Assembly: GCA_038065455.1 (NCBI GenBank) | Contig: JBBTQX010000002.1 | Span: 55,035 to 119,034, forward strand | Source of the DNA: Patescibacteria group bacterium | GTDB taxonomy: Bacteria; Patescibacteriota; Minisyncoccia; UBA6257; GWB1-50-10 | Length of the DNA: 64,000 nt | Direction of reading: 5' to 3' | In this document: piece after piece, positions 39,771-49,309 of the stretch | Layout: every line of letters starts with the position of its first letter | Position numbering within the stretch: the stretch's first letter is position 1 | Notes under the pieces: model-generated | Told to the model about the DNA's origin: nothing | Database searches by the model: none | Seen by the model: the letters and a program-made list of their open reading frames with translations, nothing else | Position numbers and translations under genes: made by a program

Positions 39771-40415
39771 TTATAGCAGATTTTCCTGCTCTATCTTGTC
39801 TTTATGCTCCGCAGGATTCGCCTTTTGCTTTACCCGGCGCTCGGCGAGGAATTCATCATACTTCCCAGGCAGAAGCTTCAATTTATGAAAATCTATCTCG
39901 AGCGCTCTTAAGACATTCGTGGCGCGGAGTGCGGCGGCGGGGTGATAAAGAGGAATCACGAGCCGCTCGCCCCACCAGAAGACCCGACCGTGGTCGTTAG
40001 AAATCTTTGCGAGCGGAAGAATGTAGTTCATCGAATATCGCCCCAACGGCGCGATAATCTTCGGATTCAATGTTTCTATCTCCTCCGTAAGGTACGGGCG
40101 ATAGGCCTCCAACTCCTCCGGAAACGGGTCGCGATTCTCCGGCGGGCGGCGCTTCACGATATTGGAAATATAAATATCTTCCCGTTTCCAGCCGATGCTA
40201 TCGATTAGCTTATCCAAAAGTTTTCCGGCGCGTCCCACGAACGGCCGGCCCAACTTGTCTTCCGACGCTCCCGGCGCCTCGCCGATAAACATCACCTCGC
40301 TTTGGGCGCTCCCCTCCCCGAAAACAAAATTAGCTTCCTGAAGCGGCAGGGATTCGTCCCCCGCCATTCTGGCTTTCAACTCTTCAAGTTTTTTTGATTT
40401 ATTTTCTTGTGGCAT
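39771..40415 (-). CDS. Uracil-DNA glycosylase, family 4-like
   Basis: [32 protein letters not shown]. Confidence 0.92.
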   Translation of the reverse strand: MPQENKSKKLEELKARMAGDESLPLQEANFVFGEGSAQSEVMFIGEAPGASEDKLGRPFVGRAGKLLDKLIDSIGWKREDIYISNIVKRRPPENRDPFPEELEAYRPYLTEEIETLNPKIIAPLGRYSMNYILPLAKISNDHGRVFWWGERLVIPLYHPAAALRATNVLRALEIDFHKLKLLPGKYDEFLAERRVKQKANPAEHKDKIEQENLL

Positions 40416-40426
40416 ATTAAATACTC

Positions 40427-40450
40427 GGTGGTGTCTTTAAAGACACCACC
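40427..40450. repeat. Perfect palindrome, copy 2
   Basis: GGTGGTGTCTTTAAAGACACCACC, same as the core at 14584-14607. Confidence 0.9.
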
Positions 40451-40460
40451 TTATTTTTGA

Positions 40461-41792
40461 CTAACAATTTAGGATGTTTTTCAAATATTCCAAAATGTCG
40501 TCCTTCTCGATTTCTTCCTGCGTCCTTTCTCTCATATTCTTCACCTGCACCGTTTCTTTTTTGCGCTCATCGGAGCCCAGGATAATCACGAAGGGGTAAT
40601 TTCCTTTCGCGGCATAGGCCAGCTGGCCCCGCAAAGTCTTTTCCTGGCCGAGATAGAACTCGGTCGAAATGCCCCCTTGGCGCAAATCGGTCGCAAGCGA
40701 CTCGCAAATCATTTCGGATTCATCGTCGAAATTCAGGAGAAGAACGCTCGCATTCGCGCTGAAATTGGGAAAAAGCTTGAGCTTCTCCAAAGCTACGAAG
40801 AGCCGATCCACGCCGATGGAGCCCCCGGTCGCCGGAATCGAGGCCGTTCCGAAGCGGGAAACCAAATCATCATACCGCCCGCCCGAGGCAACCGAACCCA
40901 AATCAGGATATTCGTTTACGACGGTTTCAAAAACCATGCCGGTGTAGTAGCCCAAGCCGCGCGCGACCGAAAGGTCTATTTTCCAATTTCCGTCCGGCAC
41001 GCCCAATGCTTCGATATTCGCCCTCAATCTCGCCAATTCATCCACACCATCCCTTGAAGCGCCGGCTTTCCCAAAAATCTCAATAAGGCTTCCTAATATC
41101 TCGCCGTTCGTTCCTTTGATATTCAAAAATTCTTTGATGCGCGCGACGGATTCTTTTTTCAGCTTCGGCCCGGAAACCAATTCGGCCTCCACGCTCTTCC
41201 AGCCGGATTTATCCAGCTTGTCCATTATTCTCAGCACATCTCCCGTTTTCGCTTTCGGAAAATTCGCGGATTCGGGAAGCGCGTTTAAAATTTTCCGGTT
41301 ATTCACGCGGATGATGAATTTTTTGAGTCCAAGCGCGGAGAACGCTTCATAGACGAGCGAGATGAATTCGGCATCGGCCGCGATAGACGATGCCCCGACG
41401 ATATCGGCATCAAACTGCAGGAATTCGCGGTAGCGGCCGGCCTGGGCGCGCTCCCCCCGCCAAACGCTCCCAACTTGATATCTTTTGAAAGGTTTTGAAA
41501 TCTCGCTCGAATAGCCGGCCACGACGCGCGCCAAAGGCACCGTGAGATCGAAGCGTAGGGCGGTTTTTTCATCCTGGCCTGCGAGACTAAGCTTAAAAAT
41601 CTGTTTTTTGAAATTCGCGTCGCCGCCGGTCAAAATTTCCTCTCGCTCCACGCCAGGCGTATCGAGCGGCGCAAAACCGAATCGTTTGAAAACGGCTTTA
41701 ATGGTTTCTATCATCCATTCCCGGGCAGTCGCGTCTTGGGGCAGATAATCCCGGAAACCGGAGGCTAATTTCGGCTCGATTGATTTAGCCAT
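40461..41792 (-). CDS. hisS: Histidine--tRNA ligase
   Basis: GFRDYLP, LRFDLTVPLAR, GRYREF.Q, ARGLGYYTG, GGRYD. Confidence 0.97.
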   Translation of the reverse strand: MAKSIEPKLASGFRDYLPQDATAREWMIETIKAVFKRFGFAPLDTPGVEREEILTGGDANFKKQIFKLSLAGQDEKTALRFDLTVPLARVVAGYSSEISKPFKRYQVGSVWRGERAQAGRYREFLQFDADIVGASSIAADAEFISLVYEAFSALGLKKFIIRVNNRKILNALPESANFPKAKTGDVLRIMDKLDKSGWKSVEAELVSGPKLKKESVARIKEFLNIKGTNGEILGSLIEIFGKAGASRDGVDELARLRANIEALGVPDGNWKIDLSVARGLGYYTGMVFETVVNEYPDLGSVASGGRYDDLVSRFGTASIPATGGSIGVDRLFVALEKLKLFPNFSANASVLLLNFDDESEMICESLATDLRQGGISTEFYLGQEKTLRGQLAYAAKGNYPFVIILGSDERKKETVQVKNMRERTQEEIEKDDILEYLKNILNC

Positions 41793-41804
41793 ACATTCAG
41801 TATA

Positions 41805-42638
41805 TCAAAATTGCTCCGCGAATTTTTGAAAAGCTTTCATTAAAGCCTTTGTGACCGGACCCGGTCGGCCCATTCCCGCCTTTTTCCCATTCACCTTCAC
41901 AATCGGCACGATATCCTTGTTCGTCGCCGTGAGGAATAATTCATCCGCTCCCCGAAATTCCTTTTCGGAAATATCGCGCTCCTCCGTTTTGAAGCCGTTT
42001 TTCTTCGCGAGCCAAAGCGTCAGATTTCTCGTCATGCCGATAAGGATACCTCGCCGAGGCGTCACGACCTTTCGGTTCTTCACGATAAAAATGTTGCTGG
42101 TCGAGGCTTCAAGCGCTTTTCCATTCTTGACGAAAATGATCTCCAGCGCGCCTTTTTTATCCTTCATTTTCTGGTGTTCGATTGCCTCCACATAATTGGT
42201 GATTTTCGCCTCCGGCAAATCCCGCTGGTATTCGAGAGTCACCGCGCCGGCTCCCTCGGAATATATTTTTTCGGGAAGAGAACGAAATTTCTCAATGAGG
42301 ATGAAAAAAGTTTCCCGGCCCGGTTCGTAACGGAAGGCATTGGAGCTGATGCCGCCCGTGAGCACCGTCCGAATGTTGGCCTTCGGGAATTTGTTGAGCG
42401 CGAGGAGTTTTTTCACGGTTTCCGCGTATTTTTTTCTCGAGACGGGTATTTTCAAATTAAGCGTTTTCGCGGAATTCTGAAGCCGCCTCCAGTGTTCGTT
42501 GATCAGGAATGCCTTCCCGTTCTGCGTGCACATCACGTCGAAAACGCCGTAGCCCCGAAGCAAGCCGAGGTCATAGGGATCGATCTTTATTTTATCGAGC
42601 GTCGTAATTCTGCCGTTCCAATAGCACCGGGTTTTCAT
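41805..42638 (-). CDS. Class IV PLP-dependent aminotransferase
   Basis: GYGVFD, HWRRL, K..NY, E...SNIF, L.G.TR. Confidence 0.9.
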   Translation of the reverse strand: MKTRCYWNGRITTLDKIKIDPYDLGLLRGYGVFDVMCTQNGKAFLINEHWRRLQNSAKTLNLKIPVSRKKYAETVKKLLALNKFPKANIRTVLTGGISSNAFRYEPGRETFFILIEKFRSLPEKIYSEGAGAVTLEYQRDLPEAKITNYVEAIEHQKMKDKKGALEIIFVKNGKALEASTSNIFIVKNRKVVTPRRGILIGMTRNLTLWLAKKNGFKTEERDISEKEFRGADELFLTATNKDIVPIVKVNGKKAGMGRPGPVTKALMKAFQKFAEQF

Positions 42639-43405
42639 ATAAATAAGAAGAAGATTAGAGCGAGAATGATGCGATAAATACCGAAGGCGGTGAAGGTGTG
42701 GCGCTGGACGTAGCTTATGAAGAATCTGATCGCGACCATCGCGACGGCGAACGAGACCATGAATCCCACGACGAGGACGCCGAAGTCCGCCGAAGAGAAT
42801 GTTCCGGCATTTTTTATGAGGTCATATCCCGTTGCGGCAACCATCGTCGGCACGGCGAGCAGAAAAGAGAATTCAACGATGGTCCGCCGGCTCACGCCTA
42901 CCAAAAGTCCGCCCATAATGGTGGCCGCGGCCCGGGAAACGCCGGGAATTATCGAAACGCTTTGAGCTAAGCCGATAAAGAAAGACTGTTGATAAGTCAG
43001 CGCGTCTAAATCCTGTGCCGCGTCTTCCCTCTCGCGGTGCCACCACTCAAAGGCGATAAGAATAATACCCCCGATAAGGAGCGACCAAAGCACGATGGTT
43101 TCGCTCTCCAGAAAAACAGACTTCACCGTTTTGTAGAGTGCAAAGCCGATAATGCCGGTGGGAATAAAAGCGAAGGCAATTTTTTTCATGACGGCAAAGT
43201 CCGTGAAAAGCCTCTTCCAATAAAGCGCGACGACCGCGAGAATGGCCCCAAGTTGAATTGTAATCTGGAAACTCTTCACGAAATCATCCGGAGCGATGCC
43301 TAAAAGGCGCGAGGCGAGGATCAAATGGCCGGTGGAAGAAATCGGCAGGAATTCCGTGAATCCCTCGACGACACCTAAAATAGCGGCGTTAAAAAAATCA
43401 AACAT
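42635..43405 (-). CDS. uppP: Undecaprenyl-diphosphatase
   Basis: EGFTEFLPISSTGH, QLGAILAV, PGVSR, FSFLLAVP. Confidence 0.95.
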   Translation of the reverse strand: MFDFFNAAILGVVEGFTEFLPISSTGHLILASRLLGIAPDDFVKSFQITIQLGAILAVVALYWKRLFTDFAVMKKIAFAFIPTGIIGFALYKTVKSVFLESETIVLWSLLIGGIILIAFEWWHREREDAAQDLDALTYQQSFFIGLAQSVSIIPGVSRAAATIMGGLLVGVSRRTIVEFSFLLAVPTMVAATGYDLIKNAGTFSSADFGVLVVGFMVSFAVAMVAIRFFISYVQRHTFTAFGIYRIILALIFFLFI

Positions 43406-43448
43406 GCGGATTAATTATATCAGAAATAGTTATCCGTTAATGGTTTCT

Positions 43449-44300
43449 TTAATGAAATTCCACTCCTGGAACTTGCGGAAACGCGCCGCCTACGCCCGGC
43501 GGCATATCCACAATGGCGCGGATTTTTGACGGGTCAGGTTTACCCATTTCATCCAGTACAATATCCAACGTAATATCCGGTCCGCCCATGCCAGGATATT
43601 TAATTTCCGGAATCGGAAGTTGCTGTGTCATACTTCCAACGCTAATGGTAAAAGTGCCGATTGCGCCCGCAAGCGACGAGTTGATCAATTTTATATTGAA
43701 CCCGCCCACGCTTCCTGTCATTCTCGCCTTAATATTATTGAACGCTTCTTCGTAATGGGCCGCATCAATAGACTGACCACCTATAGGATCGGTCATAGCC
43801 GCAAGATCCGCTCTGATATCCACTTGAATATCACCGATGGATACCGATCCGCCTTTATACGTGCCGGCCGGCATATCAAATCGGCCGAGCTTCACCCGAT
43901 TTTCTCCGGGATGCAACGCGAGCGTCTGCGGACCGCCCCAAACAATCACGTCGCCTTTATCCGGCGTTCCAAAAACAATTTTATTCATTGTAGGTCGTAC
44001 TTCTACCACAGTAATCCCCTGCGCCAAGTTATCATCCACCATATAGAAATCAATTTGCCCAACCATAAATGCCGCGTACGGAATGAGAATACAGCCAATA
44101 AAGACGGCGACGGTGAGCGCTTTTTTCCGCGAGATGAGAAAAGTGATAACGGCGGCCGTTAAACCTATAATTGCGAAGTATTTCAGATTACCTGTGCCGA
44201 GCACGCCAATCTTCAGTATATACTCCGTAAGAAGCGCTCCCCCGAACATGAATGCCGCCACTGTGCCGAACACTAAACCGATATAAGTGATTTTTTTCAT
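43449..44300 (-). CDS. Hypothetical membrane protein
   Basis: Three N-terminal TMs plus a beta-rich soluble domain. Confidence 0.7.
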   Translation of the reverse strand: MKKITYIGLVFGTVAAFMFGGALLTEYILKIGVLGTGNLKYFAIIGLTAAVITFLISRKKALTVAVFIGCILIPYAAFMVGQIDFYMVDDNLAQGITVVEVRPTMNKIVFGTPDKGDVIVWGGPQTLALHPGENRVKLGRFDMPAGTYKGGSVSIGDIQVDIRADLAAMTDPIGGQSIDAAHYEEAFNNIKARMTGSVGGFNIKLINSSLAGAIGTFTISVGSMTQQLPIPEIKYPGMGGPDITLDIVLDEMGKPDPSKIRAIVDMPPGVGGAFPQVPGVEFH

Positions 44301-44525
44301 AACATAATTATATCACTATCTTGTGCCCCTATCAGGGAGTTGAATATCGCTTTTTACTTTCTATATCTCTGAAACCAGAAGCATTTTATGAGAAAACCGT
44401 CTCGCAAGCCGAACGGGCACGGTTCGAGCGAAGCGAGAGAGTGAGGCCGAGAGCGAGCGCAAATTCCACGCCGGGGAATTTGATAGCGTGTTTTCGAATG
44501 AAATGCTTCTGGTTGAAACCTTCTG

Positions 44526-44598
44526 TGCCCCCATCAGGATTCGAACCTGAGACCATCTCCTTAAAAGGGAGTTGCTCTACCAACTGAGCTATAGGGGC
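44526..44598 (-). tRNA. tRNA-Lys(TTT)
   Basis: GCCCCTATAGCTCAGTTGGTAGAGC AACTCCCTTTTAAGGAG ... GGTTCGAATCC TGATGGGGGCA cloverleaf. Confidence 0.95.
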
Positions 44599-44614
44599 AT
44601 TCCGGCAAAAATTC

Positions 44615-44989
44615 CTAGTTGCGTTTTTTCTCGCTTTGAATCATCCGCCAATGATAAATAAAAAGGGGTGCGCCGATAATAATCATCGCGAGTGCCTGGG
44701 AGGCGCTCCGCTCGCGCTCGCTCTGCCGCTGTTTTTTCTCCGCTTCCATCTGCTCGGCTTTGTATTTCGCCTCTTCTTCCGGTGTCATTGCACTTTCCTG
44801 GCCATTAGGAGCCATTACCTTCGTCGGATATGGATAGGACGGATAATTTATCGGCTGGTCGGCATTTTTGAAGACAAAAGCCTTCAATCCCAAATCGACA
44901 AGATTCACGAGCCCGATGACAACGATAACCAACCCCACCAAAGAGAAGAGGTATAAATAAATCGTGCGGATTAATTCCTTGCGTTCCAT
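44615..44989 (-). CDS. Membrane protein (DUF5671-like)
   Basis: IR.IYLYLFSLVGL, second TM ending YHW. Confidence 0.8.
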   Translation of the reverse strand: MERKELIRTIYLYLFSLVGLVIVVIGLVNLVDLGLKAFVFKNADQPINYPSYPYPTKVMAPNGQESAMTPEEEAKYKAEQMEAEKKQRQSERERSASQALAMIIIGAPLFIYHWRMIQSEKKRN

Positions 44990-45034
44990 GTAAGTTATAC
45001 TATAATAAATTCGCTATTTGATAGCAAACAAGAT

Positions 45035-45296
45035 TCCTCGGTAGCTCAATGGTAGAGCGGCGCCCTGTCGGTTAGGCAGCTTATCGTCGAAAGGCGGTTT
45101 GAAAAATTTCGGGATAACGGTGAAGGCTAAATCTTAAAAGGATATGCGAACACCGTGGGAACCCCTCGCTTTGAGGGGGCACCGTAGAGACTAGATACCG
45201 AAACATCCTTGATGGATGGTGATATAGTCCACCCCTTTAGGAAACTATAGGATACGTGTAAGGCGATGGTTGTAGGTTCGAGTCCTACCCGAGGAG
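45035..45296 (+). tRNA. tRNA-Asn(GTT), exons 45035-45068 and 45259-45296
   Basis: Joined exons give TCCTCGG/CCGAGGA acceptor, CT-GTT-AA loop, GGTTCGAGTCC T-arm, G discriminator. Confidence 0.92.
45069..45258 (+). ncRNA. Group I intron (190 nt) in the anticodon of tRNA-Asn
   Basis: P1 with U.G at the 5' splice site (CUGU|C with GGCAG), P3 UUUCGG/CCGAAA, P4 ACGGUG/CACCGU, P7 GACUA/UAGUC, terminal omega-G. Confidence 0.9.
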
Positions 45297-46850
45297 CACA
45301 GATGGTCTTAATATACCGCTATGATTTCCCAAGGAATCAATGGCTTCTTTGGTTTTTCTGTCTTTGCAGTAAAGCTGTTCCAACTGCAAAAGTTCCTTGA
45401 AAACGAGGGAGGGATAAGAGTTTAATATAACTCCGTCTACGACCTCGAATTTATCCCAAAAGAAGGCGAGATAATGGCGTTTCAGCGTCGGTGAGGCTGT
45501 TCTATAGGTTCGATAGATATCCCGGGTAAAACGAAGGATTTCATGAGTAATATCGACTCGTGCTTCCTGAGTACTCTCCAATTCAAACAGGCGCTCTTCA
45601 ATGCTTGAAATTTCCGCTTTTGTTTCATCTCTTAATCTTTCAAAATCACTATCCGAAAGCGTGCCGGAGAGTAGTTTTTCCTCTATTTTCCTTCTCTTGT
45701 TTTCAAGAGCGGTTTTTTGAGTAATAAGCCCCTGCCTCCTGCCGTCATATTGCTTTCTCCGATCATAAAATATCCCCCTGACTTTCGTAATCACCTTTTC
45801 AATAAATGTCTCGTTAAATTGTAAATCCTTAAATTTATCGGCTATCTGATTTTCCAATTCGTTGACCTCAACATATTTTCCACAACCGAGACGATTTGAG
45901 CAATGGTAATACGCTATGCCTTTGTGGTTATGCCATTCGGCGGTAAAACGCTTTTTATGCTCTGGGCAATAGACGAAACCACTTAATAACCAAAAGTGCT
46001 TTCTTCTTCTTGAAGCATGATAACTATGCCCCGCTATCACGAGTTGTACTTGGTCAAAGGTTGCTTGGTCTATAAGAGGCTCATGCTGTCCTTTTTCTAC
46101 GATTATCTCACCCCATCTTACTTCACCGATATAGATGCGATTTTTTAGCAATAAATAAAACTGACTTGGTGAAAACCTCTTCCCCTGTTTGTTTCGCAAG
46201 CCCTTGGCATTTATTAAATCGCAGAGGTCGTAGCCATTGTAAGTGCCAGTTGAATAGAGTTTAAACGCCTCGGTAATGAAAGGAGCCATTTCATCTGGAA
46301 CGATAATCTTCCTCGCTAATCTACTACTGGAAGTGTCGGGATTATCGATGTTCTTGTAGCCCACGGGAGCACTGCTTGGGAAATACCCCGCCTTGGCTTT
46401 CTCATAAAGGGTTTTCTTAACTTTCTCGGATGTTTGAAGTCTTTGCATCTCATTGAAGGTCGCCATCATCGTATCCATCGTTCTACCACCAGCGGAATCG
46501 TCCATAGCTGGCTGATATACGTATCGAAGTTCAACTTTGTTTTTTCTAAGCAAATCTCTAAAGAAAAGGTGATCCATTGTGTTTCTCGCAATTCTGTCGC
46601 TACTAATGGCGTATACGGCGTTTATTTTCTGAGCGGCGGTTAGACTCATGATTTCTTGAATCCCCGGTCTTTTAAGAGTGCCTGCGCTTATACCCTCATC
46701 CCGAAATATTTCTAACAGTTTATATCCATCCTGTTCTATCTTATTTTTACAAGCAGATTCCTGAACATCTAAAGATAGGCCCTGGTTCGCTTGCTCGTCC
46801 GTTGACACTCGGCAATACCCTACTGCAATTTTCTTATTTTCTTTTTCCAT
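45285..46850 (-). CDS. Large serine recombinase (integrase)
   Basis: YCRVSTDEQ catalytic Ser, DRIAR, recombinase domain, Zn-ribbon (CPEH..YYHC...C), coiled coil. Confidence 0.94.
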   Translation of the reverse strand: MEKENKKIAVGYCRVSTDEQANQGLSLDVQESACKNKIEQDGYKLLEIFRDEGISAGTLKRPGIQEIMSLTAAQKINAVYAISSDRIARNTMDHLFFRDLLRKNKVELRYVYQPAMDDSAGGRTMDTMMATFNEMQRLQTSEKVKKTLYEKAKAGYFPSSAPVGYKNIDNPDTSSSRLARKIIVPDEMAPFITEAFKLYSTGTYNGYDLCDLINAKGLRNKQGKRFSPSQFYLLLKNRIYIGEVRWGEIIVEKGQHEPLIDQATFDQVQLVIAGHSYHASRRRKHFWLLSGFVYCPEHKKRFTAEWHNHKGIAYYHCSNRLGCGKYVEVNELENQIADKFKDLQFNETFIEKVITKVRGIFYDRRKQYDGRRQGLITQKTALENKRRKIEEKLLSGTLSDSDFERLRDETKAEISSIEERLFELESTQEARVDITHEILRFTRDIYRTYRTASPTLKRHYLAFFWDKFEVVDGVILNSYPSLVFKELLQLEQLYCKDRKTKEAIDSLGNHSGILRPSVLLG

Positions 46851-46982
46851 TTTTTTAAGATTTTTAACGACTGTTTATTTTATTTTTGGTACTAACTGAT
46901 ATAAAATCAACCTCTAGTTATACCCACCGACCACCAGTTTTTTAGTTTTTTAATACATATATGTAGTTATAAAACTAAAGAA

Positions 46983-48251
46983 CTAAACACTGCCGTCATC
47001 GTCGGATGAATTCGGCAGGGAATAAAACTTTTTATTTCTTTCTCCAGTTCTTACTAAAATTTCCTTAGATTCTTGAAGTTCCTTTAATGCCATACCTATG
47101 GCTTGTTTTCCGATTGGTAGAACGGATGTGATTTTTGGGTCAAGTTCGGCTAGGAAGTGTTCACCTCCTTTAAGGATGTCCAGAATTACGGGTTTCGCCT
47201 TATCTTTGTTTATCTCTTTCCCCGGCAATTCGCCGCCGTATTCCAAAGACATGGAACCATCCTCAGAATGATTTATGAGGATTTTAAATGGCCTAATCGG
47301 TTCGTCGACCCTGAGCTTACTTTGAGTAACAGCAATGTAATCGTCGAGTTTCTCGAGAGAAAGATGACAGTCTACGGCCGCCTGTATATCAGAAGAACCA
47401 CGAATGCTCTGTGAGGGGTCCCTCTGCCCCATAAATTCCTTACGGTGGTGATGAGTGATAAGCACAGCAACACCCAACTTGCTAAATTCTCTAATCTTAT
47501 CGAAAACACGAGACATTTCTCCCGCATCATTTTCCTTACTCGAGTGGATTCTAATGAAAGAGTCGAATATTATCAGCTTGATTGAATATTCTTCAGCCAT
47601 CGACATTAGGGTATTCAACCATTTATCATCATCTACTTTCACGCCATTTTGGGATAAATAATAGATCGGCACTGTGGAAGGCACTCCTAAAATATTCAAC
47701 CGTTTCTTCAAGTAGCGGAGATGATCCTCCTCATCCACGATAAGCACTGCCGCTTGAGTTGTCGCAAATTCTCCAAGAAAAGGGGTACCCATACTAACGC
47801 ATCGTGCAATTTCGATGGTTACCCACGTTTTGAAGTTTTGAGGATTGCCCGAGAGAATGGTCACAGCCTCGACGGGTATTAACTTTTTAACAATCCAATC
47901 CTGCTCACCGAAATCGTGTTCTAGAATCTCACTTACAGACCAGAGATGAAAATTCACTTTCGGACGGATTTGAATTTGCTGCCGTCCATTGTCTGCAATT
48001 GCCGCTTTTAAATTAGGCTCTTCGCGTGTCAGACCTAGATTTTTAGCGTATTCAGTAAAATCCCCAGACCAACCGCACTGCCTGTTATTACAGGAGCAAA
48101 ATCCACTAGTCTTATTTATATAAAGTTCTGTCAAAAATAGTCCACCGGGGAGCTCTTTCTCACAGAAAGGGCAAACAACCGCTATTGTATCCCGGCTAAC
48201 ATTTTTATACTCCATGTGGTTTTCAGTTAAAATTTGGGTTATTTCAATCAT
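46983..48251 (-). CDS. Zn-finger plus AAA_25 (RepA-like) helicase/replication protein
   Basis: CPFC...CSCNNRQCGWSG; GNPQNFKT Walker A, IIFDSF, HHHRK, RGSS. Confidence 0.85.
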   Translation of the reverse strand: MIEITQILTENHMEYKNVSRDTIAVVCPFCEKELPGGLFLTELYINKTSGFCSCNNRQCGWSGDFTEYAKNLGLTREEPNLKAAIADNGRQQIQIRPKVNFHLWSVSEILEHDFGEQDWIVKKLIPVEAVTILSGNPQNFKTWVTIEIARCVSMGTPFLGEFATTQAAVLIVDEEDHLRYLKKRLNILGVPSTVPIYYLSQNGVKVDDDKWLNTLMSMAEEYSIKLIIFDSFIRIHSSKENDAGEMSRVFDKIREFSKLGVAVLITHHHRKEFMGQRDPSQSIRGSSDIQAAVDCHLSLEKLDDYIAVTQSKLRVDEPIRPFKILINHSEDGSMSLEYGGELPGKEINKDKAKPVILDILKGGEHFLAELDPKITSVLPIGKQAIGMALKELQESKEILVRTGERNKKFYSLPNSSDDDGSV

Positions 48252-48399
48252 TTTTTTTATGGTGTTTCTTTGTCCGCCGACCTTTGTTTTCAATCGAGGA
48301 ATCAATTTGTTGGACAAATAACTCAGCTAGAGCCTCGGCGGCTTTTTCGATGGTAGCTTTTCCATCCGTAGATTTTTTGATTGTTTTTGGGTAAGACAT
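48244..48399 (-). CDS. Small basic protein upstream of the helicase
   Basis: MSYPKTIKK...AAEALAELFVQQI; overlaps the helicase start. Confidence 0.5.
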   Translation of the reverse strand: MSYPKTIKKSTDGKATIEKAAEALAELFVQQIDSSIENKGRRTKKHHKKND

Positions 48400-48459
48400 A
48401 AAAAACTCCAGTTTCTTGGAGTTCAATGTATACAAAAATCTGATTAACAGATGTAGACC

Positions 48460-49272
48460 TTATTTTTTGACTTTCAGGAATGGATGCCGTTTTTTGAAAC
48501 GATATTTTCTCTTTTCGAGCCTATCTATTTCATCCGGTAAATATTGTGATTTTTGCAATTCATTGGCTAATTCCTTGTATTTCTTACCGCTAAAAGTTTT
48601 CAGCGTATCATCCAGATTTCTTATCCGGCGACGGTTGTTCTTGGACTTGCCGAGTATATCTAGAAAAACGGCGTAATCTTTTGCCGATTCCTTGAGTGGT
48701 CTGCCATCCTTAATTTTGAGTTCTCGTCTAACCTCTTGCTTTAAGATAAATTTCTCCCCGGTAGATAAACCCGCCGATGGAATTTTTCTCCAATTCTTCC
48801 GTTGAACCAATGATTTTAAAAACTCGAGATTGTATATCGAGTAGTCATGTGGCGGTACATTATTTAATATCTGCCATTGGACGTCGTTATAAAAATAGTC
48901 TTCTAGATTGTACTTTTTCAACAAGTGTTCCACACAATGTTTCAGCTTCACATTCATCTTTGACGATTTTAATGAAAAATATATATTCTCCTCTGGCTCA
49001 TCACCAATCTTCCTCGTGACAAAATTTCTGCTCAATGATCTAGGAATGCTAAGTATCTTTCGTACTTTAATAACATCGTCTTTAAACTGCTTAGATGTAT
49101 AGGCCGTGATGCCTTTTTCTTGAGATAGGGCTTTTCTTGAGGCGAGGCGTCTTTTTATGGGCATCACATATAGCAGAATCGAAACAGCTTTCGTTCTATC
49201 TCTTTTCTTCAATTGGCTTAAGAATTCTAAAAATTCTTCGGACTCAAGTACATCTTTTACTTTATTTTCCAT
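48460..49272 (-). CDS. Hypothetical basic protein
   Basis: Long K/R-rich ORF; no family recognised. Confidence 0.7.
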   Translation of the reverse strand: MENKVKDVLESEEFLEFLSQLKKRDRTKAVSILLYVMPIKRRLASRKALSQEKGITAYTSKQFKDDVIKVRKILSIPRSLSRNFVTRKIGDEPEENIYFSLKSSKMNVKLKHCVEHLLKKYNLEDYFYNDVQWQILNNVPPHDYSIYNLEFLKSLVQRKNWRKIPSAGLSTGEKFILKQEVRRELKIKDGRPLKESAKDYAVFLDILGKSKNNRRRIRNLDDTLKTFSGKKYKELANELQKSQYLPDEIDRLEKRKYRFKKRHPFLKVKK

Positions 49273-49309
49273 GGTTGATTTTCAGCTTAAACCAACACTA
49301 TAATTAGGG

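Noticed and set aside
44321-44587. ORFs overlapping tRNA-Lys on both strands
   Set aside because: They translate tRNA and relic sequence; not credible genes.
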